A stretch of DNA of 48,785 bases from Deltaproteobacteria bacterium (GCA_016929555.1 JAFGIO010000211.1:1-48785), one strand, 5' to 3'; shown: positions 9,228 through 19,040, counted from the stretch's first letter. Notes: generated by a model from the sequence alone, not told the origin. Program-made: numbers and translations.

Positions 9228-10406
9228 TCAAATGTGACGTCCAAAATCGTCTGCTTTCTTCATGCAGTCAAAAATGGCGCCGGGATCGTAATATCGATTG
9301 TCGGCATCCGCCATGGCCTTCGCCTTGGGCATGGATCTAATCATTGGGCTTCTGGATGCATCATCCGCCACCGTCTTTAAAAACGCATCCCCTATCTCTT
9401 TCAACCCCATCTCATCAAATGTCGTGGGAAGACCGATATCCTTGCAGAAGGCAACGAACCTCTCTAAATGATCGGAAGGCCTGTCTTCCATTACCAATTG
9501 CGTTAATGTGCCGAATGCCACAAGCTCACCATGATACGGAACGTGGGCATACCTGTCGTGGATAATCGTCAGACTGCCGGCGATCGCATGAGCTGCGGCC
9601 AGGCCGCAGGATTCATATCCCAACCCGCTCAAGAGAATGTTTGCCTCTACCACCGCCTCCAGGTTCGGGCCGGGCGTTCCCTCCTGCATCTCTTCTATGG
9701 CGGCTTTTCCCTGGGTTGTCACGATGTCAAAGGCCAGCTTTGCCATCATCAAAGCGGTTCGCGTTGCAGACCCGCCCGCGACGGACAAAGCCCCTGTTTG
9801 CCGACATATCTCCGCTTCAAAGTGCGTGGCCATGGCATCTCCCATTCCAGCCACAAGGGTTCTGACTGGAGCTCCGGCGATAATGCTGGTATCCGCTAAT
9901 ACCATTGTGGGACACTTCCGGGTCATGACAAACGACGTCTGGATTCCCTGCTCATTGTAAATTACGGAGGAAGACGCCGTGGCTGCGTCGCTGGCAGCCA
10001 CGGTGGGCACTTGAACACAGTGGACCTTTGCGCCGAAAGGATCCACCCTCTCGACATTGGAACCGTTGGATGTAATGGCGAACCCGGCTGCTGCCGCCCT
10101 CCCTGCATCCATGGCTTTGCCCCCGCCGCAACTTACAATGGCGTCATGCTTACCATCAAGACAGGCTTTCTTGATACGATCGATTTCAGCGAATGTACAT
10201 TCCCGCCGGAATTCGATAAATTCATTTCCGATGCCTGAAGCCTTCAGGCTATCTTCAATGATGTCATGGACCATCTTCAGTGCACTCGGCGAGGCCATGA
10301 CGATGGGATTTTTAATGCCAAACGGTTTCAGATGGTTTCCAATTCGGCCAAGGGCGCCAGGTCCCTGAATATAACTCCGAGGTGCCATTAATATCTTGGT
10401 GTTCAT
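9228..10406 (-). CDS. glycerol dehydrogenase-like (family III) alcohol dehydrogenase
   Basis: PRSYIQGPG, GGGKAMD, VPTVAASDA, AGMGDA, AAAHA, HGELVAFG metal ligands. Confidence 0.85.
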   Translation of the reverse strand: MNTKILMAPRSYIQGPGALGRIGNHLKPFGIKNPIVMASPSALKMVHDIIEDSLKASGIGNEFIEFRRECTFAEIDRIKKACLDGKHDAIVSCGGGKAMDAGRAAAAGFAITSNGSNVERVDPFGAKVHCVQVPTVAASDAATASSSVIYNEQGIQTSFVMTRKCPTMVLADTSIIAGAPVRTLVAGMGDAMATHFEAEICRQTGALSVAGGSATRTALMMAKLAFDIVTTQGKAAIEEMQEGTPGPNLEAVVEANILLSGLGYESCGLAAAHAIAGSLTIIHDRYAHVPYHGELVAFGTLTQLVMEDRPSDHLERFVAFCKDIGLPTTFDEMGLKEIGDAFLKTVADDASRSPMIRSMPKAKAMADADNRYYDPGAIFDCMKKADDFGRHI

Positions 10407-10495
10407 AGATCCATCCTCAATGTTCAAGTACAATTGGTCTCTTCTTTACGATGACCGGGAATACCGGTAATGTATAATTGACCGGATTTAAAGGA

Positions 10496-10655
10496 TCATG
10501 ACCTTGTAAACCATTGCAAACCATGTCACCCCCTTGCAGCCCGCCCCCGCGAAGGCGGGGGAAAGCGGGGGTCCAGAATATATTGAAAATACTGGATTCC
10601 CGCTTTCGCGGGACTGACAAGAAGTCGTCAAAAGGGACTTCTTGCGGTTTCATCA
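10496..10655. mobile_element. MITE/REP-like element, copy B
   Basis: Direct copy of 3676-3836 (offset 6820 bp); AAGGATCATG at both junctions (10491-10500 and 10655-10664). Confidence 0.75.
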
Positions 10656-10837
10656 AGGATCATGCATGGATTATTCCTGCGGGAAGCATAGGGCAAGAAG
10701 GCCGTGTCTGTCAATTCCATATCGCCAAATGGAGATTTGAGAACGGAGAAAGGCCCCCGGCTATCCTCTTCGGCCTGGGTGTCCTCGGCTCGCATAAACA
10801 AAGGGAGCTCGGCTGTCATGCCGTGTTGGCCGTCATC

Positions 10838-11632
10838 TCACTTGGATTGAAGATTTAGATATTCCCGCCTTACCAGATCGGGATCGTAAGCGCGCTCGAG
10901 GCGGCGTACGATGAAATGGCCCCGACCGACATCCTGAAAGTGATCTATAAAGAGCGTGTTAATCAGCGCTCCCCCGGCGGCGCCCACAATGGGCAGCGAT
11001 TGCGCCAGCGCCTTTTCCGAAACCGGAACGCCGAAGCGCGCAGCGACCTGCGTGATGAACCGCATCAGCGGCAATGCGGTCCCTTTTGCGGCTCCTCGCT
11101 CGGCGATGTATTCGGCAGCCTCCGCAAGGGCTTTCGCGAGGAAGGCACGAACGGCAAAGTAGCTCGACTCTGTGGCGTCATCGCCGCGCGTACGACCGCC
11201 GAGCGCAAACACTTCGAGGCAGGCGAGCTTCGCCTCCGGCATTTTGATCCGTTCTCCTTCGCTTCGAGCAATGACGGCAATCGAGCGGAGCATGATAATC
11301 GTGGAAATCGGGAGCTCGATGGTCAAGGCCGGCAGGCCGAACGCACCGCCGGCTGCGCCTGTTGCGGCAACAAGGATCTTATGCGCCAGGTTTGTGGAAT
11401 CGTGCCGACGATCATCCATCGTGGAGATCGCAAAATCGAGCGCTGTTTCAAGCGACTTTGTGGTCGCGATGCCGATGATTTCCCGGGCACCCTCGGGCAT
11501 GCGTTCGATGGCTATCTCGATCGGTGTCCCAAGAACGTTGGCAATTCTGGCCGCCAGGCTGGGATTCTCGAGAAGACTCTTTGCGTAGCGCAGGTCTGCC
11601 AGGTCCTCGCTCGACATAGCCGTGTTTGCCAT
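10838..11632 (-). CDS. EcsC family protein
   Basis: LLENPSLAARI, GAAGGAFGLPAL.IELP, MLRSIA.IARSEGE, PIVGAAGGA.IN, GHFIVRRLER. Confidence 0.8.
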   Translation of the reverse strand: MANTAMSSEDLADLRYAKSLLENPSLAARIANVLGTPIEIAIERMPEGAREIIGIATTKSLETALDFAISTMDDRRHDSTNLAHKILVAATGAAGGAFGLPALTIELPISTIIMLRSIAVIARSEGERIKMPEAKLACLEVFALGGRTRGDDATESSYFAVRAFLAKALAEAAEYIAERGAAKGTALPLMRFITQVAARFGVPVSEKALAQSLPIVGAAGGALINTLFIDHFQDVGRGHFIVRRLERAYDPDLVRREYLNLQSK

Positions 11633-11903
11633 GGGTCGTTTTTCCTTTCGCCGGCTTCGTTCTGTAGATCATCAGGGGCGATAGCCTGAAGCAGCGGTTG
11701 AATCATGATCCATTTTCTTGCAAACCATTGGAAACATATTGTATTTCCGATGCCTCCCCCTGCGCGCAAGCGTCAGTACTCTTGCCGCTGCCGGATCCTT
11801 GACGTCATTGTGCATCCTAATCGAAAACCCTCTTCTTTTCGAAAGATATGACGGTTGTCGATGGGGGTTCTTGATTATCTGCATGGATCAAATTCTCAAA
11901 ACG

Positions 11904-14225
11904 CTATTTCAACAGGAAAATGAGCGTTCGGGCTTGAATGGATTTGTCGTCGATTTCGTCGCCGCTTAGGATGCGGCCGTCGGGCAATCGGTAGAACGTC
12001 GATGGATAATTCCACTTTTTTCCGGCGATCCGAGAGGCACTTCGTCCTTTTTTGACATAGCCTCCGTAGATGTAACCAACAAGCACACGGGTTCCCTTGG
12101 GCGGGGCTTCGAACAGCTTTCGCAGAGAGGAAGTGCGCTTCAACTCGGCACCGGTGCGGATCAGTCCCTTTGGAAAGAAATAGATCGTCGTTGCGTCGGC
12201 GTAGAGATGGCCTGCCAAGTCGCGAGCCGTTTTACCATCCTTGCCGATTTCCAGAAACCCCTCGAATTCCTGTTCCTGTTCTTGATCATCCTCTAAGAAT
12301 TGAATGCGCGTACCCTTTGGAATATTGTCCCATTCCCGAATTTCGTTTCCCTGGAATCTTTTTCCATCGGGATAAACATAGATCGTTGAGGGGTCGTCGT
12401 ATCTTTCGCGGGCAATGCGCCAGGCAGTGACCCCTTTTTCGATCACCATGGGTTCATCCGAGTACTGGACGACAGGACCGTCTCGGCTTGAAGAAGTGAC
12501 CGATGCCGCCAAAACCACGGGTGGCCGGTAGAGAAAGCGATGCAGTTCCGGATCGGCAACCACGAGCCGTTGGGCGGCCACATCCGGATCCCGAGCCGGT
12601 CCGGCCGAAAGACCGAGGCGCCGCCTCACATCCGGATGTGCGAAAATCATCCCGCATCTTTTTCGGCCCCGGTGCTTGTTTTCATGAAAGCGGTTTGGGC
12701 GGCCGTAAGCCACCATGGAGTGAGTGAGAATGTTCTTGTCCTTGATGCCGTAAAGGCTTTTCAATTGTCGCAGCAGTTCGCGGAGCGCAGCGTACTGGGC
12801 TTCCGTGATGTCTCTGTTGTAGAAGCCGACGACCTCGATGCCGATGGATGAATTGTCGAGCGTGGTTTGCCCGTTCCACATGCTCCTTCCTGTATGGGTG
12901 GCAATTTTTCTGCGATCGATGATCCGGTAGACCTCACCCGAGGGTGTCACGAAATAGTGGGCCTCGCCGTAACGGCGAACCTTGCGGAGCGAACCCTCCA
13001 GGGCGCCTTCCGTGGTGTGCAGAATGATGTAGCGTGTTCTGGGTCGAAAAGGGCGTTTGGGATTGAGGGCACTGTATCGGTTCCTGATTTTCAGGCTTTG
13101 TGAGGCATGCGCATTAGACGGGGAATCGACCTCTGCCGGCTGATTTCCTGTAGCGTCTTCGAAAGGGTCGGCGGATATATCCGGTACTTCCGTACGGAAA
13201 TACTCCCGCAACCCGTCGTATACGAAGAGAACCGCCTTCACATAAATATCGCTGTGGTTATAGGCGAAAACGGCTTTGTACCTGGCGTTGTAATCATCGA
13301 TGTTCCTTCCGGACAGATTGTGCTCGTAAAGGTAGTTCTCCACACTGAAGATCGTATCTTCGAGGGAGAAAGGATCCGCATCCTCACGAACACCGTTCGC
13401 ATCAATGAAAAACGCCAACAGGGATGAGGGGATGAACTGGCCCCAACCAATCGCGCCGGCATAGGAACTCGTAAAATACTGCGGTGAACGTCCTGTCATG
13501 TGCGAGAATTTGTAAAGCGCCGTGAGTTCACGAACGGCGAATTTTTTACGGTTTGTAAAAACATATTGAGACACCAGGGAATTGAACGCGTAAAATTTAC
13601 CGCGCTGATGATGATCGGCGAAATTGGTTTCGACACCCACGATGGCTGCGATCAACTCCCGATGGATTCCGTGTCGCGCTTCGGCCTTTTTAAAGATGTC
13701 GTTGTGAGCTTCCATGAATTTTTTCCCTTTCTCGATTTTTGCGTCCACGTCGAGTCGAGCGAAGTACCAGGAAGCATCGTGTTTCTTGTCATGATCGACT
13801 TGTTTTTCCGCAGATTTCTGAAAATAACGATCGATATTGGCGTATATTTCGAAGGTCTCGTGCTGAAGCTGTTCATCGAACCATTCCCCGGGAACTCCGT
13901 TCATGACAAGACGCTGCTTCAGTTCTCCCGTCTTGGACAAGGCGACCGAATCCAGAGATTCGTCTGATCCGGGAACGGCTGGGGCTTTGTCCGGTAATTC
14001 GGGAACGTCGAGAATTCCGTCCGGTAATTCGGGACCGATAGGGATATTATCCGGCAACGCTGGGATGGCTGGGGGTATATCCGGTGTTTTCGTTTCGATC
14101 CACAAGGCGCCTTTACTGGAGTTCGAATTGATTTCGGGGATTTTCTTCATTTGCTCGCTACTTCCTGCGCAAGCAAGAAACAGGAAGATCGTTGCGGCTG
14201 CAAACAGCGTATGTCTCGCTTTCAT
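11904..14225 (-). CDS. lipoprotein: MltB-type lytic transglycosylase fused to Amidase_2 (N-acetylmuramoyl-L-alanine amidase) and three C-terminal repeats
   Basis: Lipobox-like FLAC; IVGVETNF, SSYAGAIGWGQFIPSS, YNHSDIY (MltB); IILHTTEG, AHY, SIGIEVVG, THS, RKRC (amidase). Confidence 0.85.
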   Translation of the reverse strand: MKARHTLFAAATIFLFLACAGSSEQMKKIPEINSNSSKGALWIETKTPDIPPAIPALPDNIPIGPELPDGILDVPELPDKAPAVPGSDESLDSVALSKTGELKQRLVMNGVPGEWFDEQLQHETFEIYANIDRYFQKSAEKQVDHDKKHDASWYFARLDVDAKIEKGKKFMEAHNDIFKKAEARHGIHRELIAAIVGVETNFADHHQRGKFYAFNSLVSQYVFTNRKKFAVRELTALYKFSHMTGRSPQYFTSSYAGAIGWGQFIPSSLLAFFIDANGVREDADPFSLEDTIFSVENYLYEHNLSGRNIDDYNARYKAVFAYNHSDIYVKAVLFVYDGLREYFRTEVPDISADPFEDATGNQPAEVDSPSNAHASQSLKIRNRYSALNPKRPFRPRTRYIILHTTEGALEGSLRKVRRYGEAHYFVTPSGEVYRIIDRRKIATHTGRSMWNGQTTLDNSSIGIEVVGFYNRDITEAQYAALRELLRQLKSLYGIKDKNILTHSMVAYGRPNRFHENKHRGRKRCGMIFAHPDVRRRLGLSAGPARDPDVAAQRLVVADPELHRFLYRPPVVLAASVTSSSRDGPVVQYSDEPMVIEKGVTAWRIARERYDDPSTIYVYPDGKRFQGNEIREWDNIPKGTRIQFLEDDQEQEQEFEGFLEIGKDGKTARDLAGHLYADATTIYFFPKGLIRTGAELKRTSSLRKLFEAPPKGTRVLVGYIYGGYVKKGRSASRIAGKKWNYPSTFYRLPDGRILSGDEIDDKSIQARTLIFLLK

Positions 14226-14371
14226 TCGTGCTTCCTTATACAGCATTTCCGTGGCGATCCCACCAGGTAGGGGCCGTCTTCGCGTTATTGCATGGAAATT
14301 TCGATAGGTTTCCTCATCGTGAAGTCGGCCTCGCCTTTGCGTTATCGATGAAACATTCCGTAAACAGGTGA

Positions 14372-14400
14372 CCTATAGAAAATTCGCTCTTGTATGTCAA
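14372..14400 (-). promoter_or_regulatory. putative sigma70 promoter of the MltB-amidase gene
   Basis: TTGACA-17 bp-TATAGG on the minus strand. Confidence 0.45.
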
Positions 14401-14600
14401 TGAGCTCCTGGCCACGATCTGAAATCTCACGTGCACGTATTTGACTCGCCCGCGGGATATACGAAGATGTCCCTGCCCGGCATGCCCGCAGGCGTCGAAG
14501 GCAAGATACCCGTTACGGGTGATGTGAAATAGAATCCATTGAGAAATCTTTCAACCCGAATTCAATGGATCTGCCTCACAGGCTGCAAGGGGGGAGTGAA

Positions 14601-16052
14601 TCAATTCCTGAGGTTCTTCGTTTCATGGTACGCGGCCAGGGCGCGGATCGCCGCAACGGCCCGTTCGGGACCCGGGAAGACGGGGATGCCGGCGGCGATT
14701 AATCTTTGTTGCAGCGGATCGTCAGTGAAGCGATAGCTATAGCCCACGACGGGTTTGCCGGATGCCTTCATCAGATGGATCAGGCTTTCGGCCTGCGTCT
14801 CGATCATTTGAGATATCGTCCGCGCGGCCTCTTCCTCCGAAAAGCCCATGGCCTTCATTTGTCGCATCATCATGCGCCCCTGGGCGAGAAAATACATCAG
14901 CAGGATGTCGGCGTTTTCATCTTCCAGGATGGCCTGAGGGATAATGGTGAAAAGATCCTGGTGATTGCGTGAGAACGTCATGTCGACGGGATTGGAGATG
15001 CTTGCCGTGGGCGGGAAGGAAGACCGAAGTTTCTCCCGGGTCTTTTCCGACAGGGCGGGCAGTTCCAGACCCGCCCTACCCGCGGCGTCGGCGGCGTTGG
15101 CGCCTGGGCCGCCGGAATGTGTTTCGATGACGACGCCCCGGCCTTTAGGCGCCGGCAGGCTCCCCAGGATCCAGCAGAAATCGAACAGCTCAATAATGGA
15201 GGCCGCACGGATCACTCCGCTCTGGCGGAAGATGCCTTCGTAAAGTTCATCCGGTCCTGCCAGGGCTCCCGTGTGCGAAAAGCCCGCTTTTCGTCCCGTT
15301 TCCGTCCCACCGACATAGAGGGCAACGATAGGTTTTTGGGGAACGATAGACCTGGCCGCCTCCATAAAGGCCTCACCTCTGCGGATGCCTTCGATGTAAA
15401 GGGCGATCACTTTCGTCTTGTCGCACATACCGAAATATTCCATGCAATCCACGATGTCGATGTTGGCCTCGTTGCCGACGCTGAACGCCGTGCTGAAGCC
15501 CAGCCCCATGGGGCGGAGGTAATCGAACATCTGGGTAACGAAACTCCCGCTCTGGGAAGCCATTCCGATGAACCCCGGCGCACCTTCGTAGGGCAGGGGC
15601 GTCGGATTGAACTTGTGGTGCGGGTTGACGACGCCTAAGCAGTTTGGGCCGACAAACCGTATGCCGTAGGCGTCGGCGATTCTTCTGAGTTCTTCTTCCA
15701 GCCTGGCTCCTTCTTCGCCGACCTCCTTAAAGCCGCCGGAGATGATTACGGCTCTTTTGATGCCTTTCCGGCCGCATTCCTCGATGCTCCGGCTGACAAT
15801 CGGGGTGGGCAGGACAATGATCGCCAGATCGGGCACCTCCGGAAGGTCGGCGACGCTTCGATAGGCGCGGTAGCCCAGGACTTCCTTTTCCGAAGGATGG
15901 ATCGGATAGACGGGGCCTTCATAACCCAGTTCCTTCATCGACATGAACTGGATGGTTCCCATGGTGGTCTGTTTATTCGATGCGCCGAGAAAAGCGACAC
16001 TTCGGGGATTGGCAATGGCATAAAGGGGATTTTCCGCAATCGAACGGGTCAT
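14601..16052 (-). CDS. acyl-CoA synthetase (ADP-forming) alpha-type subunit, CoA-binding protein
   Basis: PRSVAFLGAS, YPIHP, GPNCLG, SQSGS, SHTGALAG, NPVD; no ATP-grasp domain; start MTRSI after AGGAG. Confidence 0.85.
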   Translation of the reverse strand: MTRSIAENPLYAIANPRSVAFLGASNKQTTMGTIQFMSMKELGYEGPVYPIHPSEKEVLGYRAYRSVADLPEVPDLAIIVLPTPIVSRSIEECGRKGIKRAVIISGGFKEVGEEGARLEEELRRIADAYGIRFVGPNCLGVVNPHHKFNPTPLPYEGAPGFIGMASQSGSFVTQMFDYLRPMGLGFSTAFSVGNEANIDIVDCMEYFGMCDKTKVIALYIEGIRRGEAFMEAARSIVPQKPIVALYVGGTETGRKAGFSHTGALAGPDELYEGIFRQSGVIRAASIIELFDFCWILGSLPAPKGRGVVIETHSGGPGANAADAAGRAGLELPALSEKTREKLRSSFPPTASISNPVDMTFSRNHQDLFTIIPQAILEDENADILLMYFLAQGRMMMRQMKAMGFSEEEAARTISQMIETQAESLIHLMKASGKPVVGYSYRFTDDPLQQRLIAAGIPVFPGPERAVAAIRALAAYHETKNLRN

Positions 16053-16153
16053 GGATCGCTCCTCGCTTTCGAGATGGTGGCTTTTATTGATAGGCCGGGG
16101 GCTTGTTGCCGATTCTTTCGTTTTCTGCCGATGTATCACTTCTCACCGGAGGC

Positions 16154-16183
16154 ATCATACGGAAAGATGACCTTGCCTGTCAA
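16154..16183 (-). promoter_or_regulatory. putative sigma70 promoter
   Basis: TTGACA-18 bp-TATGAT on the minus strand. Confidence 0.55.
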
Positions 16184-16407
16184 AGAAAAACGAATCCTAT
16201 GAAAAGGCAGACGATGGCTTGAGGGGTAAGGGGGATTTTCAAATGCGCCATCGAGTGTGCGCCGGTCTTGTTGAGAAGCCGTAGAAGCCACTTCACAGGC
16301 GCATTCCTATCCCGGTGCAAATCCGAGAGGAACCTCCGGTTTCGCGATCCATGAACTTTTTGAGCGCCGGCTCGTCAGACCGGCGGTAAGATCGATTCGT
16401 TCAATCA

Positions 16408-17301
16408 TCAAGGTTCGGTCTTTTTCGCTCTCACCAGACAATGCGTTCCATGCACCCGCCCTACGATCTTGCCGGCAGGGTCTTTGAAATACATCTCCTC
16501 CAGTTCACGGGCATCCCAGTGATCGCAAAGTTCAAAGCCGTACCTCTTCAGAAACTGGCCGATTTCTCCTTTTTCGATACCAAAATGCCACAATTCCCCG
16601 ACTTTTGCCAGGGTCTCCATTGCGCCCTCTTCGCCGTAGTATGTGTCTTCACGGCGGATAACGGACGCATAGACATAGTTAAAGACAACCTCGCTGCCCG
16701 CTCCGGCCAACGCATGAATCGTACGAAATGTTTGATCGACCGACCGGGGCTGGAGATACTCCAGCACGCCTTCCAGGACAAAAAGGGTTCTGTCGTCATT
16801 TGTGAACCCGGCCTGATCCAGCTTTGCAGGGAGGGATTCCCTGTCGAAATCGATGGGAACAAACACCACGTTGGGAGGGATCGTAAGACGCCTTTTCTGA
16901 TACTGCGCGAGCTTTGCTTTCAGGGTCGGGGGTACATCCAACTCGAATATTCTCGTCCGGTGCGCTTCCTTCTGAAATCGCAATGCCCTCGTATCAAACC
17001 CCGCTCCGAAGAGAAGTATCTGGGAAAACGAATCCGATAGGGCCTGTCTGAAAACAGCATCGATGTACTTCGTCCGTGCGATCACGTATTCATAGATCCC
17101 CTTTGCCGTGAGGGTTTTCATGAGAAGCCTTCCGAAGAGGGGGACCCGGATCAGCGAATTCAGAAAGCCGGGCAGCAGGGATAGTGCAGTCTGATCTTCG
17201 CTTCTATAATAGGGGTTTCTTTCAAGAGAGGATATCGCTCGGCAGAGGCACATCAATTCGGCAGTTCTCGATATTTTCGTCTCTATTCTTCGCTCTGACA
17301 T
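16408..17301 (-). CDS. SAM-dependent methyltransferase, LCM (leucine carboxyl methyltransferase-like) family
   Basis: SRTA...RA, ARTKYID, QILLFGAGFDTRA, FELD, LEGVLEYL; start MSERR inferred. Confidence 0.85.
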   Translation of the reverse strand: MSERRIETKISRTAELMCLCRAISSLERNPYYRSEDQTALSLLPGFLNSLIRVPLFGRLLMKTLTAKGIYEYVIARTKYIDAVFRQALSDSFSQILLFGAGFDTRALRFQKEAHRTRIFELDVPPTLKAKLAQYQKRRLTIPPNVVFVPIDFDRESLPAKLDQAGFTNDDRTLFVLEGVLEYLQPRSVDQTFRTIHALAGAGSEVVFNYVYASVIRREDTYYGEEGAMETLAKVGELWHFGIEKGEIGQFLKRYGFELCDHWDARELEEMYFKDPAGKIVGRVHGTHCLVRAKKTEP

Positions 17302-17423
17302 CCGTCGACTCCGTCCAACCCTTGTCTCTGAATTGCCTTTGCATCTGGTCAAAGACCAGGACCGTACCTTCTCCTTGGATGCCGGTGGCGGTCTCGACTC
17401 TTGCAGAAGTACCCCCATTGTCC

Positions 17424-17924
17424 TTATTTGCTTTTTCCTGTTCGAGGTTCCTTTGCCGGTTTCGGCATCCACTTCCCCGTTCTCCTTTTATAGTTCCTGT
17501 ACTCCTCCTCGAACTTCGCTTCCAATAGTTCCTCTTCATAATTCGCGATGTAATTGTGGAACACGAATATTCCCACGGATGCTGCAAGGGCCAGTAGCGA
17601 TGCCGTGGAAATCGACAGCCCGAGGTAGGTCAGGATGCTTGCCAAATACAAGGGATGCCTTACATAGCGAAAGGCTCCGGTCACTATCAAGCGGGTTGGC
17701 CGTTCTTCGCGACTGACTGCCGCATGGCCTGATTTGAGAAGATATGTCGCCGCAATAAGCGTAAGAGCGAAGACGGCAAGCCGAAAAGACAGCGGAATAC
17801 AATCCGATAGGAAGGTCGATAGGTGCAGAAGAAACGAATCTCCTGCCCAGACTGTCAAAAAAACGACCAAAGACAACAACTGACCCGTGTCACCGAAGGG
17901 GTGCTCGCCGTTTTTCTCATGCAT
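17424..17924 (-). CDS. isoprenylcysteine carboxylmethyltransferase (ICMT/PEMT) family membrane protein
   Basis: LIVTGAFRYVRHPLY, EEELL..KF.EEY..YK. Confidence 0.85.
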   Translation of the reverse strand: MHEKNGEHPFGDTGQLLSLVVFLTVWAGDSFLLHLSTFLSDCIPLSFRLAVFALTLIAATYLLKSGHAAVSREERPTRLIVTGAFRYVRHPLYLASILTYLGLSISTASLLALAASVGIFVFHNYIANYEEELLEAKFEEEYRNYKRRTGKWMPKPAKEPRTGKSK

Positions 17925-18001
17925 GGCTGCCTTCTCCCTCTGCCGGTTAACCATCGATTCACGCTTTTATGTCGCTTGAGGGTCGCTTGCTGTTTGCGTA
18001 T

Positions 18002-18982
18002 TCAACGTTGTTCGCTTTTCTTCCACTTCAGCATTTCAAGAAGGGAATCCCTGATATCCTTTGCAATACCTGTGAGGCCCGAGAAGGCTCCTTCCACCTT
18101 GCCCTTGGAAGCGTCCCACAAGGCCCTGGAGATTCGTGCAGTGCCGCTTTTGACGATCGATCCGAGGAGCTTCGCCGACTCGGCCGTAGCGGAACGGCGG
18201 AGGGACCGGCGGTCGGAGGCGACGAGATCGCCGCAGTAGCGTCTCGCGATGATTCCCACGCGAAGTGTAAGAAAAGCATTGGCGGCTCCCGTGAGGATCG
18301 AGGTGATGACGATGGATGCGGCGGCTTGGACGCTTGGAAAGGAAAGGCTCAAGGCGCCAAGGGCCGAAGAGAGGACGGGCTCGATCTGCTCGCTGATTTC
18401 AGACTCGTCGAGTTCGCCTGCTACGAAGGCCATGGCAGCCACATTGGCATAAAGATTGAGCAATTCGCGCAACGCCGGCCTTTGCGAATAGACCTTGGCG
18501 ATACGCCAAACCATCCGAAAGTGGGTTACGAGGACGAAGATCGTGTCCAGGCGACCACTCTGAGAGATGGCCGTGCTGACGAAGACGACCGTGGCGCTGT
18601 CCCGAATGATCCGGTCGCACTCGCGGCCAAGATCCTCCAGGGCCTTCTCGATTTCCATACGGCCCGACAGGTCGTATCCCTTCAAGCAGGTGTTTGCAGC
18701 CAACCGGTTTCGCAGGGCTTCAAGATATTGCGGGAATTTCGGATCCATTTCGCTCTGGGGAGGTGTGATCGGCTTCGGCAGCCTCAGGAAAAAAACAACG
18801 CCCGCAATGATGAAGGCTGCATAGAGTCCAAGCAAAAACCACAAGACGATCGTACCCAAAGCCGGGCTCAGGCGCGAGGCAAGCTCCACCGCCTGGGACG
18901 TCTGGTTGACGACGAAGAGAACAAAAAAGAAAAGGATGAGGGCGCTCACGGCGAGCGCCGCTGTTTTGATTGTCCGATACAT
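18002..18982 (-). CDS. YcjF/DUF697 family membrane protein
   Basis: Two N-terminal TM segments, then TAISQSGRLD and RMVWRIAKVYSQRP. Confidence 0.7.
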   Translation of the reverse strand: MYRTIKTAALAVSALILFFFVLFVVNQTSQAVELASRLSPALGTIVLWFLLGLYAAFIIAGVVFFLRLPKPITPPQSEMDPKFPQYLEALRNRLAANTCLKGYDLSGRMEIEKALEDLGRECDRIIRDSATVVFVSTAISQSGRLDTIFVLVTHFRMVWRIAKVYSQRPALRELLNLYANVAAMAFVAGELDESEISEQIEPVLSSALGALSLSFPSVQAAASIVITSILTGAANAFLTLRVGIIARRYCGDLVASDRRSLRRSATAESAKLLGSIVKSGTARISRALWDASKGKVEGAFSGLTGIAKDIRDSLLEMLKWKKSEQR

Positions 18983-19011
18983 GATGCACTTGTCCTTTGA
19001 TCCGGGACCGA

Positions 19012-19040
19012 AGTGTAGATGGGCTTGTCCAATGTGTCAA
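19012..19040 (-). promoter_or_regulatory. putative sigma70 promoter for the ycjF-like/ICMT/LCM genes
   Basis: TTGACA-17 bp-TACACT on the minus strand. Confidence 0.55.

Noticed and set aside
16310-16345. CCGGTGCAAATCCG resembling a cobalamin riboswitch or T-loop
   Set aside because: No flanking AGGGAA or B12 box, no tRNA cloverleaf, and on the wrong strand for the neighbouring genes
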